A stretch of 64,000 nt of DNA, from NCBI RefSeq assembly GCF_030684315.1, contig NC_081387.1, forward strand, positions 10,622,822 to 10,686,821, in the 5' to 3' direction. The position numbers and the translations under genes are program-made. Shown in pieces: positions 62,109 through 64,000 of this stretch. How positions within the stretch are numbered: the first letter of the stretch is position 1; every line of letters starts with the position of its first letter. The DNA is from Stegostoma tigrinum. Lineage: Eukaryota. The notes under the pieces are model-generated. The model had not been told where the DNA came from, did no database searches, and saw nothing but the letters and a program-made list of their open reading frames with translations.

Positions 62109-63065
62109 CTTAAGCAAGTTTCCGTTACAATGTCGACCCAAAACTTCTACTAATCAACCATCTGTCAACGAACAGCAGATTAACTACTTCCACAAAAAGC
62201 TTCACTACTCCGAAGACCTTGACAGCCTCGTTATAATATATCGCGATACTCCTTAGTCTCACCTTTCACAGACTAATTTAGAAATCACTTTAAACAATGC
62301 TAATTTGACCAGATTTGAGTCCCTGACTCATTTAAAGTCTTCAATACTCAGGTCCCTGACCTGTCTATTTTTGCCTCTCATTTCACAATGTTAGGGTCCT
62401 CGACTCTAATCTGGATCCCCGATCCGTAGGTCCCAGACCATTAAATGGAGTCCCCGACTCCCTCTTTACCCATTTAAAATTTCCCTCATCTTTCCAAGAC
62501 CGATGCTCTTTCGGGCTGGACTTATACTATAGGCAGCGAAGTTGGAGTCAACCGTTACTTTGAATGAAAGGAAAACCAGATGGAAAAAAATACTCACGTC
62601 TGGCCGGCCGGTTCCTCTACACTCAATAGTGGAGGACTCGAGGCTCTTACACCGCTGTCCAAAATCCGTCCGTACCGAATCCGAATCACAGCACTGTATG
62701 AAAATCTCCACTCCCAGTGCGGCCTCTCGTTCTGCAATCGGTCAGTGAGCACTCGCCGTTGGTCTGGCTGTTTAAGGCTTAACCCTTTATTTCTCAATAC
62801 GGCCGGTTACAGAGCATCCGGAAACACAGGTTGAGCACTTCAGTATTCCTCAGAGGAGCTGAACACCACAGGTTAATACAAAGACATTGTTATATTTTTC
62901 TTAAAGGAGGCTACAAGGTGCGATCATACAGTACATTCACACAATTGCTAATCAGTGTATAATAGTGCTTCATTGACGGTTACTAAGGCCAACTGTCAAA
63001 AAATTGTTCTCTCTACAGAGCTCTGTAATCTGATACTACTTCTAAAACTGCTACTGTTCCCTGCT

Positions 63066-63254
63066 AATAAAATGTGAGGCTGGATGAACACAGCAGGCCA
63101 AGCAGCATCTCAGGAGCACAAAAGCTGACGTTTCGGGCCTAGACCCTTCATCAGAGGGTGCTCCTGAGATGCTGCTTGACCTGCTGTGTTCATCCAGCCT
63201 CACATTTTATTATCTTGGAATTCTCCAGCATCTGCAGTTCCCATTATCTCTGAC
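63066..63254. mobile_element. Palindromic Penelope-derived mini-element in the ERV leader, 13 bp TSD
   Basis: TSD actgttccctgct at 63053-63065 and 63255-63267; intact minus-strand hammerhead core at 63127-63154. Confidence 0.9.
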
Positions 63255-63852
63255 ACTGTTCCCTGCTGTTTTGTTTCAGCCAATTACTAATGATCTATCC
63301 CCCTTTAATTTAAACCAGATTCAATAATACTTGCAATACAGCATTCTCTGCTTCACTTGTTCTGCCCGTACAGACCCCTGTTTTTTCAGAGCGGTATCCA
63401 CAGGATTCTCTGTCCTGCCCATTCAGCCCCTTGCTACCTGCAAGGCGGTATCCACAGAACTCTCTGCCCTGCCGTCCAGCCCCTCACTCCCTACGAGGCG
63501 GTATCCACAGGGACTTACTTACACCACGTGGAATTTTATTTCACCCGATCTTTTTCACTTATTTGTCCCTTATCCCACTGCGCAGTTTACTTGAACAGTC
63601 CTCCACGCCTCCTTCAACTTTAAATTACTCCCTGCTGTCTGGATCTTTGGGTCGGAGAGACCATTCGGCAGCTTCCCCACACTTCCGAGTCCCCGAGGAC
63701 CTCCCAAGCGAACAGAATATAGTCCGAATCAGAAGCAGAAATGCTTTTCTTTTGCTTTGGGTGCACCCTTATTCTGTCAGTTTCAGGAGTGTCCCCACCA
63801 GACCGGGAAGCGCCCTGTTACTGTCGCCCCTCTTCAGGTAGCTCTCTGCACG

Positions 63853-63870
63853 ACCCTGCTCATTGCGCAA
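63853..63870 (-). promoter_or_regulatory. Primer-binding site, tRNA-Ser(UGA)-like
   Basis: Plus-strand ACCCTGCTCATTGCGCAA matches the recalled vertebrate tRNA-Ser(TGA) 3' end ACCCTGCTCGCTGCGCCA at 15/18 positions; it lies 3 bp from the LTR. Confidence 0.7.
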
Positions 63871-63873
63871 ATT

Positions 63874-64000
63874 TGTAGTGGAGAAACTACCAGGAGACGC
63901 GGAGAATTCTTCGGCAAGTTAAACTTTTATTTGCAAACAAAAGCTGTGACAATCAGAAAATGGTTTCCCGATTGCCCCCGAACCTCGGGCCTCGTTATTT
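63874..64000 (-). repeat. ERV 5' LTR (U5 end, truncated by the window)
   Basis: Direct repeat of 53876-54004 with about 5 substitutions and 2 single-base indels. Confidence 0.9.

Larger units (their letters stand above)
53876..64000 (-). mobile_element. Endogenous retrovirus (class I, gamma/epsilon-related fish-type), internally deleted; continues beyond the window
   Basis: Two direct LTR copies, PBS, PPT, and gag/pro/IN/env remnants, all on the minus strand. Confidence 0.95.

Overview
This is repeat-rich vertebrate genomic DNA. The repeat content (HE1/V-SINEs, DeuSINE-like copies, CR1 LINEs, several Penelope-like families) and the gene families point to an elasmobranch (shark); this is inference. 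Host genes: (1) a two-exon orphan class A GPCR of the GPR139/GPR142-like type on the minus strand, with two tandem-duplicated candidate first exons (38971-39034, 35918-35978) and a large second exon (31160-32136); (2) the 5' half of an MHC class I heavy-chain gene on the plus strand (ISRE/GAS/X-Y promoter at 44624-44810, leader exon 44944-44992, alpha-1 exon 49740-50000; alpha-2 lies beyond the window); (3) a candidate 3-exon gene absent from the ORF track (7012-7055, 21018-21129, 24207-24299) encoding an 82-aa peptide-precursor-like protein with a C-x6-C loop and C-terminal Gly, lying tail-to-tail with the GPCR. MHC intron 2 holds a Poseidon-type Penelope element and a ~10 kb antisense endogenous retrovirus. 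The provirus has two LTRs, a tRNA-Ser-like PBS, gag, protease, a 2H-phosphoesterase domain, deleted RT, IN and env remnants, a second tandem gag/RNaseH/IN block, and a six-hairpin leader array. Throughout the window there are palindromic Penelope-derived mini-elements carrying minimal hammerhead-ribozyme cores, several with 13-18 bp TSDs. A chimeric Gypsy element, a decayed Harbinger, CR1 fragments and a 33-bp minisatellite are also present. All calls were made by eye; repeat boundaries are approximate.
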